Below are positions 12,991 through 25,739 of a DNA stretch of 64,000 bases, piece after piece (the stretch's first letter is position 1; every line of letters begins with the position of its first letter). The stretch lies in assembly GCF_036321535.1 (NCBI RefSeq), contig NC_087436.1:82028001-82092000 (forward strand), written 5' to 3'. The notes under the pieces were generated by a model, which was not told the origin of the DNA, did not search any database, and saw nothing but the letters and a program-made list of their open reading frames with translations. The DNA is from Camelus dromedarius (Eukaryota). The position numbers were made by a program, and so were the translations under genes.

Positions 12991-13476
12991 ATATGTGTGC
13001 CTCTCTCTACGGAGTAAAAATATTAACCTTAAATGTCCATTAAATTCCCTCTAGGCATGTATTACATCTATAATCCAAAAAGATTTTCAAGCTCTAAAAA
13101 ATAACAATCATTTGCAAAAAGACCCCATTTTTAATAAGAGCTGTATGCTTCCTCCCCAATGCCACAAAGGACTTGCCCAAAGTCAAGAAGTCAGGTGGGT
13201 CCAGACTCTGTCCTTGCCCTGCGGTATGAGGTGACATCCCCTCTATACAGAGTCCTAACTCTTGTGACATTAAAATTCTCAACTTGAGGATGACTTCACG
13301 TAACAGTGGGGGTCACTCTTCACTGTATGGGAAGATAGAACACACACAGCAGCTGGTAGCTATGTTGTGTAAACCCACAAAGGAACAACCTGAAATAGGC
13401 AGAACAGACTTTCAAAAAGGGATCCTATGACAATTCACAATGCACACAAAAATATAAATACGTTAACATCTGACAC
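12104..13476. repeat. Diverged direct repeat pair, ~150-160 bp each (about 12104-12262 and 13310-13476)
   Basis: Cores 12199-12247 and 13412-13460 match at 45/49 positions; the flanks also align (cacagcagct, gaac..cctgaaa, taacat.tgac). Confidence 0.85.
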
Positions 13477-13562
13477 TCAAACATTCCCATCAGCCCTGAC
13501 AACGAGATTCACTCATCAGCTCTGCACTGTCTTTGCTGCCCGCTGAGGAGGACAGGGACCCG

Positions 13563-13783
13563 TCAAGCCAGCAAGCCCCTACTTGGCACATGAGATGCGG
13601 CCAGTTGGCTCGAGAGCACCGTGAGATCCACGGGCCCTGACGGCCCAGGAGTGAGAGCAGCTTCTTCAATCACCTCCAAGAAAGCACTGGTCTCTTTGGG
13701 TTTCTTCTTACAGCAGGCTTCTGCACAATGCGGGTGCTTTTTCCTGTGTTTGTTTTTCAGTCTCCTCTTGTACATCTTATACA
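13563..13783 (-). CDS. SLC10A6: SLC10A6 (SOAT) exon 6, coding part; C-terminal tail appears frameshifted
   Basis: cctAG acceptor (13785-13784); (V)YKMYKRRLKNKHRKK...ETSAFLEVIEEAALTPGPSGPVD matches the SOAT cytoplasmic tail; stop TGA at 13565-13563. The six exons total 377+119+89+176+158+221 = 1140 nt = 379 aa + stop. Confidence 0.9.
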
Positions 13784-14892
13784 CTAGGTGTTAAAACACA
13801 GCAGTATTAAAAACCACTTTAGTGAAGATTATAATTTGGTGACATTGTGTACTTGTCAATACTTTGGGGGTTTGTTTGCTTTGGATCATGTGTGTATAAA
13901 CACATAAGAAAAAGAAGGGTAAAAGTAAAAGGTAAAGACAAAACTCCAGAGCCAAATAATTCAGTGTATCAGGAGGGCTATTTCTGTCTGGAACAGACCT
14001 TTCGGGACTGAGCCGTGGATCAGGTCGCTGATGGCTCACCCATCCAGTCATGAGGTCAGGCAGTCAGCACTCTGTGGGCAGTGCTCTCCTGGTGCTGGGG
14101 GACAGCTGGGAACAAGCCCAGCATGTTCTTTCCATCAGTCTCACCATGAGAAGGAAGTAAAGCTTGGATCCAAGACCAGGAGTTTTATTCTGCTGGGATT
14201 TATCCCATGGGAGCATTAAACCCCAAGTGTCCCTTATACTGACGACTGTTCTATCAGTAATCAGTATATAATCGTACATCAGTAATCCTTGAGCCTGACT
14301 CAGAACCTGTTCTACGACAACAGTAAGAATTTACAACAGCTGAGATTAAAATAGATGCATGTGTGTGTACATACCTATCAGTCTGTATTTTTTAAATTTA
14401 CCTTCTATGAACTTACATAATGAATGACTCCAAAATGATGTATTTTTGGCTGTAGAGATAGGTAAGCATATAAACATATACACTTTTAATTTCTGTGTAT
14501 ATATTATATTTCATAGTTGAAAAGTATTTCATAGCCACTCAGCACAATTTTTAGTCACAGTACTGTGAAATAACATTTGGAAGACTTCAAAGCTCTTAAT
14601 AAAACATAAAAAATGTCATTTTTGAGATAAGTGTTCATGGAGAATTCTGATAGCATTTTTTGTAAAGCATATTTGTTTATAATTAATTATAAGCTCATTT
14701 TTACTTTTTTTATATTTTTCTGTGAAACTTCACTTGTGACAAAGGATCTTGTTTATGCCCTTTATTTTCCCCAGAAATGTCAGACTGAAAATGTATCACA
14801 AGGGCAGCACATGCATATTCAGGCTGAAAAAAGAGCTGGTAAGTTGGGTCAATAATTTTTAGTCAAATCTACCCAATGGGGGCTCTACCCAC

Positions 14893-15050
14893 CTGCAACA
14901 ATGAGAAATCCATCCAACAGCTGGAAGAGCCCATAGGCCAATGGGAAGTTAAGCATCTGGACCAACTGCTCGGCAGTGAAAGATAACTGGAGCATGGTGA
15001 TGCACATCTGAATGTTCTGAGCTCCGGTTTCCAAGGAAATGGTCCAGCAC
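14893..15050 (-). CDS. SLC10A6: SLC10A6 exon 5
   Basis: ctAG acceptor, CAG|GTGGGT donor; 158 nt; (R)CWTISLETGAQNIQMCITMLQLSFTAEQLVQMLNFPLAYGLFQLLDGFLIVA, containing the SLC10 ETGxQN Na+-site motif. Confidence 0.96.
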
Positions 15051-16372
15051 CTAGCAATGGAAAAAATGTTCAAGTAACATACTAGCAATAAGGACTACTC
15101 TTAAGTTTTCTCTTATGTATAGTGATAAATGTAAGCTATGAGCTTAGGCCACTAACAGTGTTTACTCATTCAGTAATTATTTGCTGAATGCCTACTCTGT
15201 GCATAGTCTCTGGAGAGGCACCTCCAAATAGGGGCCTACAAACCATGCCCTGGGAATCTGGGTGAAAAGACAAGATACACACGTAGGAAAGGCTCAGTAA
15301 CAACACAAGACAAAGTATGATCGAGAGTCAGGGAGACCGTAGAAATTCAGAAAAGTGGTGCAGATGGTTACAGAAGGCTTCAGAGGAAGAGTGGCATTAG
15401 AGGATGGAAGAAGGGAAGAGGCATTGAATGTGGGAGAATTACTGAAATTAAAGTTCCAGGGACAGGTATGAGCTTGGCCTGTTCAGTAAGCACTGGAAAT
15501 GCTGTAGGCCAGCCTGCCCACGCGGAGTGGAGGACTGGAGGAGATGAGAATGGACAGTTGAATCAGAGATGTGAAACAGTATAAACTAAACAATGCTTGA
15601 AAAGAAACATAAAAAACCCAAGTAAAAACCAAATGTCTAAAATGATTTAGTAATCATCAATCAATGAAGGTTTTAGTAATCAATTTTTTCTACTGTTTTT
15701 CTACATTTTATTCATTTCTTTGCAAAAAAGAAAGAAAAAAGAAGGAAGGGAAAGGTACAGAGAAAGACAGGAAGAGGGAGAGGAAGGAGAGGAAGGGGGG
15801 AAAAACCTCACTTGAAGAAAATGCAGAAGGGAGTAATATAAGGCGACTGATAGGACTAAATTGCCTTCCAGAGGTCTGTGCCAGTCTATGTTCCCTCCAA
15901 CCCTGTATGGTAATGCTCACCGCATCTACAGGCACAGCAACACGGAGTGTCATCATTTTTAACATTTCACGGTATTTATATAACATACGCCCCAACTCGT
16001 CATGATAATATTTAAGATAAATTCCTGCTTCATCTCTTGCACCGTGCTCATGCCCTATAGTGATCTCTACTTAGTGAAACCACCTCGCCCTCCTATTTAA
16101 CTATTAGAATAAGAGAAGCATGTCCAGATTACAAGTGGTGTTAATATTCCAGTTTCACAAATTACAGTTTCCCATCAGTTTGGCCTTGGTTTTCCTTTAC
16201 ATAAAGAATTACTGTGCTCTTTCCACTCTCTTTATGATGAGTTTTCCTGTTCCATCCACCTTGTAAGCCAAAACTCTTCATGCTTCCAGACACAGCCAGG
16301 CAGCAAAGCCTGCCAATGGCAGTGTGTTTAACTTGTCCTCCTTGTAAAAGCTGATAGATAATTTAACTGTAC

Positions 16373-16548
16373 CTCTGCCAAGATTGGTGGGTAAGAAGTG
16401 CCAGCAAAAAGCCCATGATATGGCCAATCAAAGGAAAGATGAAACTGATGGTCAGAAGCATGGTATCTGAATTCCATGATCCTTTCGCCAGCACCACACC
16501 AGCAACCGCGACCACCAAGAGGAGGACTCCGCCAACAATGGCCCCAAC
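16373..16548 (-). CDS. SLC10A6: SLC10A6 exon 4
   Basis: ttAG acceptor, AG|GTACAG donor; 176 nt; VGAIVGGVLLLVVAVAGVVLAKGSWNSDTMLLTISFIFPLIGHIMGFLLALLTHQSWQ(R). Confidence 0.96.
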
Positions 16549-19032
16549 CTAAGGCGAATTAATAAAATAGGTTCATGTAAACATCATCGTCTTTTTGCAA
16601 AGTCCATCACTGCTCGAAAAGGCTTGGAACCTATAAGTTTTAGAACAAAGAGAGGACTTAGAGACCAACGGACCCAATCTCATTTTACACAGAAAAATCC
16701 TCAGGTCCAAAGCGGTCAAGTGACGTGGCTGAGCTAGAATCTGATGAAGCTCAACACAAATCTAAGCCTTCTTATTTTATGATCAGTATGGTTCCCTTTC
16801 AAGTGGAGGATTGTGCCAGAAGGACTGGGCAGTAGAGTTTTTCACAGACAGGACAAATTTGTGAAATAACTGAAATCTGATAATAAGCATCCAACACTTC
16901 TACACACAGCCTCTCAGACCGTGCCCTGGTAGCCTCTTGTCTGAGATCTCCCCTGCCTGACCATCCACCACTCTCTTCCCACCACCCCTTCAACCACCGA
17001 CGACTTCTAACCGCTTTGATCCTTGCCCTTGTCTCCTCCAAATGAAATGTGCCCATTCTTCATTAGACAGATGTAGTGTAATGTGAGGAGTACAGACAGG
17101 TACCTTACTTTTAACAGAACAAACAGAAACAACAAGAAACAAACAAACAAAATCAATGATTTTTCCCCTCAAAGGTCTGGGTCTTAAACCAAATAGCAAG
17201 GAAGCAAAATACAGAATATTGGGGAAAATCAGGATCTTGGCAAGCTCCCATTCACACCATGCGGCAGCAAACTATGCACCCAGTTACAGCATCACCCTTG
17301 ATTTGAAATGATTCAGGGCATGGAGGAAGATGGTCATGGGCAACCAAAACAAAATAAAAACAACTCAATGGACCACAGATGTGTTCTGGCGGTTGTTTTT
17401 ATTGCTCAATCTGAGGACAGACTGGGCCTCTGCCTAACGGGAAGATGCTGGAACACACAAAGGCCTCCGATTGTAAAAATCCTACTCCAACTTTCTACCA
17501 AGAAAAGGATTTAAAAGTTTAAAATTTACCAACAGCAACTTGTTCAGAAAATGAATCAGATCTAAAACCAAAAGAGGACTAGGAATAGAGAATGAAGACA
17601 TCCCAAAATAATGATTAAATTATCCTAGTTTTAACTAAGGTGCTCTAGAATATTTATCTGTATTATTAAATATTTTCTCCCACAACTCCTATGGAATTGC
17701 CAAAGGGTTTTTAATTTGCTCTTTACAGACATATAGAAAATTTATCTGGTTTCTCCATTGACACTGAAAGACAAATAGAGGATCTAGAAATACCAAAATA
17801 ATCATTTTTTTGTTGATGCCCTTTTAAGAAATCCAAGATAGAGTACTTGAAAAGTAAGAGGTTCCCGTGATGAAGCTCTCTCCTCTTGTTTTATAGACAA
17901 AATTATAACCACACGTTGAAATTTCCTCCTACTGAAATGACAGTAAAGTCACTACGTGCAATCCAAATGTACAGCGTTTAGTCCTTACTCCAGCTCTCTG
18001 TGCCCAGCTCATCTGTCTACTTGTCAACCCCTCTTCTCTTGTTCTTCATCTCATTGGAGGAATAGCGAGAGTTGTTCAGTCTGGTGCCAAACTGGGGAAG
18101 CAACATCCATTCGTGCAGCAAATGGAATGAGTGTTCCATCAGGTAGAGCCAAACGCCAAGAGCTTAAACTCAACCAAACCATAAACCCCAGACTAAAGTG
18201 AACTGAAGTTTCTTAGCTGAACCTCCAATTAGCTCCAAATGTTTCCCACTTTATAAATGTAAAAAAATAACTGAAACATTTTTTAAATCTTCATGAAAGC
18301 GGCACAGAATAAACACGTGTATCTTCTAAAGCAATGCATAATTGGAAAAATGGAAGACACTCCAAGAGATTGATACCACTGTTGAGAAGGCCTCCTCTCT
18401 AGCTAGATTAATTTTAAAAGCCATTGAACGAGGACATTTGCTTGTTTCTCCAGCAGACAAGGGACAACCCCGGAAAGTTAAGAGGAGGTGGAAGGTTCCA
18501 GTTCCCTTCTTTTAGGGTCAATGCGTTCTGGATGATTTCATTTTGACAGTTACTCATGTGTCAGCAGCCCTTGCTCATGTGTAAAACTCTCCTAGGAATG
18601 CTTCCAAAAGATTGCCTCTCCTCCTGCTGCTCTGTGAAGCCAGCTGTACTTCCATCCACTGGGCTCCGTTTCCGGCACACTTGAACAGCCTTCCCTTGAG
18701 AGCGCCTGTGTGGGGCCTGGTGAATGAATGGGCTCTCACTGGCCACATGTAGGCCTAAGCTTTTCTGTTACTCAAGCAGGAGTTCCACACTTTGCAGGGT
18801 GTCATAAGCCTCAGTGTATGGGCCCACAGGGGTGACAAAGCAAGGCTTAGAAGTGGAGGATATATTGCGGTTGGATCCAAAAATGCAGGACATGTAAGGA
18901 AAATTGCTGGGTGTGGGGCTGTATTTGACTGGCCCCTTTGTTCTAGTCATTGCCTGCATCTATTTGTCAAGTTTCTGAGTCTGAAATGTGCTAACTGGCC
19001 TGTGGAGTTACCTTAAGTTCCATCTTGCTTAC

Positions 19033-19121
19033 CTTAAGAATAAGTCTGGATTGTTCTGGCCACCTGTAATTCACATAGGCACCGAAGGCCACAGGAATGG
19101 TCAGGCACACAAGGGTAATTC
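19033..19121 (-). CDS. SLC10A6: SLC10A6 exon 3
   Basis: ctgcAG acceptor, AAG|GTAAGC donor; 89 nt; (G)ITLVCLTIPVAFGAYVNYRWPEQSRLILK. Confidence 0.96.
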
Positions 19122-20671
19122 CTGCAGAGAAGAAAAATCTGTCAGACAGGACCCCTCTCACCCTAACTGCCCAGTCCCCAACAATTTATGTCTATTTCAA
19201 CTAGATAAAAGTTTTAATTAAAGCTGCATTTTATTTCTGCATCTTCCTCCAAAAGAAAATTATTCTTAATCTTTGGAAGACAGTCGTTGAAGGGTCTACG
19301 ATACCACTGAATGTCACCATACATGGTCTACCATTTCTCTAAGATCCCTCTGACAATCACATGGAATTTCAGAGACAACCAAGAACATTAGAAAACAGGA
19401 GACCCCTTTATGTCTATGAAATTCTTTGGTTGCTATGTATTGGGTCACCCCTCTACAGCTACAGCTATTATTTCTCTATTGGAAGCCAGTGGGTGATTTG
19501 CTTCACAAAGGAAAGAATGTCTATTACGGGACAAAAGTAGCATTCGTTACAGAAACCAGAGCAAGTTCTCATATTTCCAAGTGTAGCCAGGTAACCCAAA
19601 GGCAGGTGGGGAAATATGCCTTTTAACTAACACAGTAAAGACACTGAAGGCAGGCTCAACAGAGCAGAGGTCTACTTGCCAATCAGATTCACACACTGAC
19701 AATTTCCAGGGCCACTTTCCGAATCTGGCCACTTGCAATACTGGCTCCAAAGTTATATATGAGTTGCCCGTAACATTTTGAGCTTTAACTGTTTACAAGT
19801 GCCCTTTAGAATATATCATCAAAACAGTATATTAAATAATTTAGTGATCAGAAAAAAACTGCACGTAAAATCACAATTTCTAAATTAAGACTTCACTCAA
19901 ATTTTTTACAGATATAATGAGCTTCAGGACATGGCTCATGGTTTTGAACTACGGGCCATGGGTTGTAAGCCCCCCAGGTGATAACTTAAGACTCCAGATT
20001 GGCACAGTAGTTTGAGGAGTAACAGTGCCTACCACCTCTCCACAGGCTCTGATCAAACGAGCATGGGTGTATCATCTCACCGAGTCTTTCTTCCAAGCCT
20101 AGTAAGTCCACAGAGATCTCTAGAAGAAGGGCAGAGTTTACGTGGGTGCAACTGTGACGTGTGCGTACTCTTCCACAGTCAACAGGAATCATTTACGTTG
20201 ATTAGTAAAGAAGTCAAGGCTCACAAGCAATTTAAAGGTGGAGTCGGGGGAACTAAGGTCTCAATAGAGCCACCGTGACCCAGGTAACCTGTGAGTCGAG
20301 TATAATCGCTTTCTAGTGAATTATGTAAGGGTTGGTTTGTCTTTTTCTTTTTTTCTTCTTAATAAGTAAGTTTTCTGGCTTTATTTTCAAAAAAAGCTTG
20401 GACTCTTTTTGAATCAGTCAGATTGCTGAGTCAGAATTTCAGTTCTGCACTTACCAGCTGCACGACCTTGGTCGAGTTATTTAACCTCCCTAATCCTGAA
20501 ACTATAGGAAATGGAACTGGTAACAGAATCTCTACCCTAGGGTTATTTGGAAAATTAAATTAGATAATAATTTTAAAAACCCTATATAAAGTAGGAGACA
20601 TAAAAAACAATAGCTATTATTATTACTATCACATTACTGCTACTATTTCATTTCACAAGCCCAATACAGAC

Positions 20672-20790
20672 CTATGTTCTGATATGGAATGGTGAGATTC
20701 TCCTCAAGATTCCAGGACAAGGTGTAGAGATAAAGGCAGAGTGGCATCATTCCCAGGGCAGCCACTGTGGAACAGGTTGTCATACTGATG
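20672..20790 (-). CDS. SLC10A6: SLC10A6 exon 2
   Basis: ttcAG acceptor, TAG|GTCTGT donor; 119 nt; (S)ISMTTCSTVAALGMMPLCLYLYTLSWNLEENLTIPYQNI(G), including the SLC10 signature ALGMMPL. Confidence 0.96.
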
Positions 20791-22199
20791 CTGAAAGTAG
20801 AATTAAAGTGATACACTTAAGAGGGAGAATTTGAAATGAAGAATTTAGTCCTTATTGAAAACAATTCCTGGGCACAAGATCCTAGAGATTACGCAGAGTT
20901 AAGTTACCTGAAACTCCCTCCTGTCTTATTATTCAACACATGATGGCTGTATCCGTGGTCTAGAAAAAGATTTCCAGCAGTTCTTGCCATCCATCAATTA
21001 AATCATATTTGATGAGCATTTACTTGTCCTAAACGTTCTGCTAGTCACTATAAGGATTCATTTTCTTTCCTTATACAGTTCTTCTTTATTGAGATAAAAT
21101 TCATAGACCATAAAATTCACCATTTTAAAGTGCCTTTAGTATATGTGAATATACCATCCTATTCTGTTTCCAGAATATTTTCATCCCCTGAAAAATGAAG
21201 CTCCACCCCATTGGCAGCCCCTCCCCATTCCCTTCTTCAGCCCTGACAACCAGTAATCTACTCTGTCTTTAAAGAATTTTGTCCCCATCTGGGCAATAAA
21301 ACCAGCGACAGAATGAATCATTAAAATTAGGGGAAATAAGGTAAATGGAAATGAGATATCCTTCAGGTCAACAAAATAATTTAACTTGCTGGGGAAGGTA
21401 CACAATCTGTTTAAGTGCGTACAGGCTGCTTATTGACATGGTTAATGCTGCTCTACTGATGAGGTGAGGCGAAGGGGCCATCATACAGCACAACCCGGGA
21501 TGAAGCAAGAGTTTACTCACTGCAGCACTAGGCCCCGAGAGTCTGGGAACTGTTTAATATTCATTCTTTAAGTTCTCACACCAGACTGCCTTGCACACAG
21601 GATATGCCCACTCTGTGACCACGGCACAAATGGCCGAGAGACTGAGAGGCTCGCAACCTCCCAGCCCACGGAGGACAGGAAGGAGACCCCTCGCAGGGCT
21701 GAGACCTGAGACAGCAAGCGTCCTCCAGTACTTTATCAGGCTTGCAAGTCACCCATCATCCCCTCATGATATGAATCACCAATGTTCCATCTACTTACCC
21801 TGCCTATAAAATAATCTATCTGCGATTGCTGTGACATTTTCTCTCAGAAGAATGTTTATACTCTCGGCAAGGCAGCAAACATTATACTCCAATATTAAAA
21901 ACACTCCTGCACTCTCAGTCACTGCTGGTGAAAATGCAAAACAGCACACCCCCTGGAGGGAGTTTGGCAATATCTGCAAAATTAAACATGCATTTGCCCT
22001 TTGACCCTGCAATTCCACATCTGGGAATCTATCCCAAAGATGTGCTGTCAAATATTTAGCTGATTGGTGCCCCTTTCCCAAAACCAGACTTAGGTAATTC
22101 ATAAGTATTTGTATATATCCCTCCCCTTTTTTTTTTCATTTAAGTAGTCCTGTTTTATACTTGTTTGTTCAGTGAATAGAGGTTTATTTTTTGGGTTTT

Positions 22200-23340
22200 T
22201 TTTTTTTTCTTTTTAAAACAATCACACATGACAACCTACTCTGCAGCTTGGATGCTTCTGGTTTTTTTCTCCACTTAATATCATAGACATATTTTCAGGA
22301 CAATACGTGTAACTTAAATTCATTTTTTAAAGAACTGCAAAGTACAACATAAATTTGCCATAATATCTTCAATCACTTCATTAATGATGAAAAATTGCTT
22401 TTTCTTCTATTATCAACACTGCTATAATAAACATTCTTGTACATATTTCACTTGAAATAACTCTTTTCTTTCTGTAGAGCAGATATGCCAAATTTGAATC
22501 ACTATGTCAAAAGTCTGTGTTTTTTATTTTAATAAAGACTGCCAGATTCACTTCTAAAAAGCTCATTGCATTTCACAATCCTGCTCACACTGGAGGTGAT
22601 CAATCCTTTTACTTCTCATGAGAACACTGGAAAACGCATCTCCCTCTTTGGTTAGACACCTGTCTACGAGGTTGTGCTTTCTCTCATGTTTATTAGCTTC
22701 ATGGGTGTCCCCTCTAAACAGCTTTGCTTGTCTGATTTTTCTTTTCTCAATTTGTAGGAGCTCTTTTAAATTTAAAGTATATGTCATCAGATATAACATA
22801 AATATTTCTACCAGGCTTACTTTATATTTTTACTATGCTTATGACTTTTGCCATAATAAATAATTAACACTGAGATAGTTGAATCTGTCCATTTGTTTCC
22901 TGGCTTCTGAGTTTCTTGTCTTATTAAAGACTTACCCCTCTCCTGAGGTTATTCAAATATTGCCCCCACTTTTTACTTTTTAATTGGTTTATATTCTGTA
23001 TTTATATTTTTAACTCATCTAAAATTTATATTTTATATTGTATAAGGTATGAAATTAATCTATTGTCTTCTATATAGAGAGGCAAGTGTGTTAAATTTCC
23101 CAAATAAACAATTTTCCACTAGACTGAAGTGCCAACTTCATTATGTATTAAATATACGTTCAAGTGTATTCAAAATGTTCTTTTTCCCTAAGCAAATACC
23201 AGACTATTTTAATTACAGTGTTTTCATAGTATTTCTGTATATGACAGAGCAGATACTTCCACATAAGTTTTTCTTTTCAAACTATTCTGAGCACTTCTTG
23301 TATAGATTTTTTCCATAGAAATTTAAAATTATTTTGTCCT
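22200..23340 (-). mobile_element. Old L1M fragment in SLC10A6 intron 1
   Basis: Antisense L1 3' motifs (ctgctataataaacattcttgtacat, gactgccagattcactt, ttgtaggagctctttt). Confidence 0.6.
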
Positions 23341-24256
23341 ATTAAGAATGCTTACTTTGAGCAAAGTTTTCTTCCTAACTAGAGAGCAGATAAAGGAAGA
23401 AAAGCAGCTCGCCACAGCTCTCAAACCTCTGTATCCACGAAGAGTGTGTCTGGGAAGCTTTTCCAAACCCCTAGTCTGTGGCAGTGCTACGTTCCTGGCT
23501 CCTCGCATCACCACATCCTGAAAGGAATTTGTATGACGTCACATTCACCTTGAACTTCATGAACAGCGTTTCCCTCCTGTATGGCTTTGGCTCAAACAGC
23601 AGAAAGCTAAGATCCATGACAGTAGGAAGCAAAGTGTGAGGTTTATTTCAGACTGATTCTCTATCTTTGATTACATAGGTTACTACTTCCATTCTTTATA
23701 CAACTGTTCAAGCCTGTAATGTTCACAGCAACGGTCAAGGATGGGGACAGATGACCCTGGTGCTTCGCCAACTTTATAAATACCAACAAAGCTGGAAAAG
23801 CACACAGTGAACGTGTGCGTGCACTGGAAAGTCACACCTTTTGTTTTACTGCCATGAAATTCCAATGTAGCGTAAACAGAGGATGTGGCTAGCTGGATCT
23901 CTCGGCTGCTCACATGCAGGAAAACTGTTGGCAAAATCTGACCTCAATATAACAAGATTCCACTTGCACTAAGAAGAATGACATCCCACCCCCAACTATT
24001 ACAGAGAATAATGAGACAGATTCAGCAAGTCTGGACAAACAGGTAAATCCTGAACCTCCTTTAAAACATGGAAATTACATATATATGCATTACAGTAAAA
24101 TGTAGCATCAATAAGTATGCCATTTTGCAACTGGAGTTTAAATTATCAAATACTGTTTTGGTTTGTAACCAGTAAACTCAGGAACTCTAACACTCAAAAC
24201 TATGAAAGTACACACTAGCTTCCTCACTGGAAAAAAATTAAAAATTACCTAGCTAG

Positions 24257-25739
24257 GTACTGCATAAGAACAGACACAGAGATCAATGGGACAGAATAGA
24301 AAGTCCAGAAATAAACCCACACACTTATGGTAAATTAATCTATGAAAAAAGAGGCAAGAATATACAATGGAGAAAAGAAAGCCTCTTCAATAAGTGGTGC
24401 ATGGAAAACTGGACAGCTACGTGTAAAAGAGTAAAATTAGAGCATTCTCTAACACCATACAAAAAATAAACTCAAAACAGGTTAAAGACCTAATTGTAAG
24501 AACATATACTATAAAACTAGAGGAAAACATAGGCAGAACATTTTAACAAAATTTCAGCAATATTTTCTTCAAACCAGCTCCTAGAGTAATGGAAATAAGA
24601 ACAAAAATAAACAAATGGGACCTAGTTAAATGTAAAAGCTTTTGCACAGCAAAGGAAACCACAAACAAAATGAAAAGACAATGTACAGAAGGGAGAAAAT
24701 ATTTGCAAATGACATGACTGACAAGGGGCTAATTTCCAAAATATACAAACAGCTCATACAGCTTAATATCAAAAGAAAACAAGCAACCCAATCAGAAGAC
24801 CTAAACAGACATCTCTCCAAAGAAGACAGCCAGATGGCCAACAATCACATGATAAGATGCTCAATATTGCTAATTATTAGAGAAATGTAAGTTGAAATTA
24901 CAATGAGGTATCACCTCATATCAATCAGAATGGCCATCATTAAAAAGTCTACAAATAATAAATGCTGGAGAGGGTGTGGAGAAAAAAGAACCCTCCTACA
25001 CTATTGGTAGGAATGAAAATTAGTGCAGCTACTATAGAAAACAGCAAGGAGGCCCCTTAAAAAACTAAAAATAGACTTACCATATGATCCAGCAATCCCA
25101 CTCCCGGGCATATAGCCAGAGAAAACTATAATTCAAAAAGACACATGCACCCCAATGTTCACAGCAGCACTATTTACAATAGCCAAGACAGAGAAGCAAC
25201 CTAAATGTCCACTGACAGAGGACTAGATAAAGAAGATGTGGTGTATATATATATGTATATATTCATTCCACACAATGGAATATTACTCAGCCATAAAAAA
25301 GAATGAAATAATGCCATTTGCAGCAACATGGATAGACCTAGAAATTATATTCAGTGAAGTAAGTCAGACGGAGAAAGACAAATAACATGTGATATCACTT
25401 ATATATGGAATCTAAAAAAAAAGGATACAAATTATTTTATAAACCAAAAACAGACTCACTGACATAGACAACAAACTATGGTTACCAAAGGGGAAAGGGC
25501 AGGGAGGGATAAATTAGGGGTTTGGAATTAATAGACACATATTACTATATATAAAACATAAACAACAAGGACCTACTGTATAGCACAGGCAACTATATTC
25601 AATTTCTTATAACATATAATGAAAAACAATCTGAAAAAATATATATATATATGTATAACTGAATCACTTTGCTGTATACCTGAAACTAACATTGTAAATC
25701 AACTTCAATTAAAAAATTTTTTTTAACTCAAAAAAAAAT
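24257..25739 (+). mobile_element. 5'-truncated L1 (~1.5 kb: ORF2 3' part, 3' UTR, A-tail), antisense within SLC10A6 intron 1
   Basis: ORF2-like fragment ([25 protein letters not shown]), canonical L1 3' end, flanked by ctagctag at 24249-24256 and 25740-25747 (probable TSD). Confidence 0.93.
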
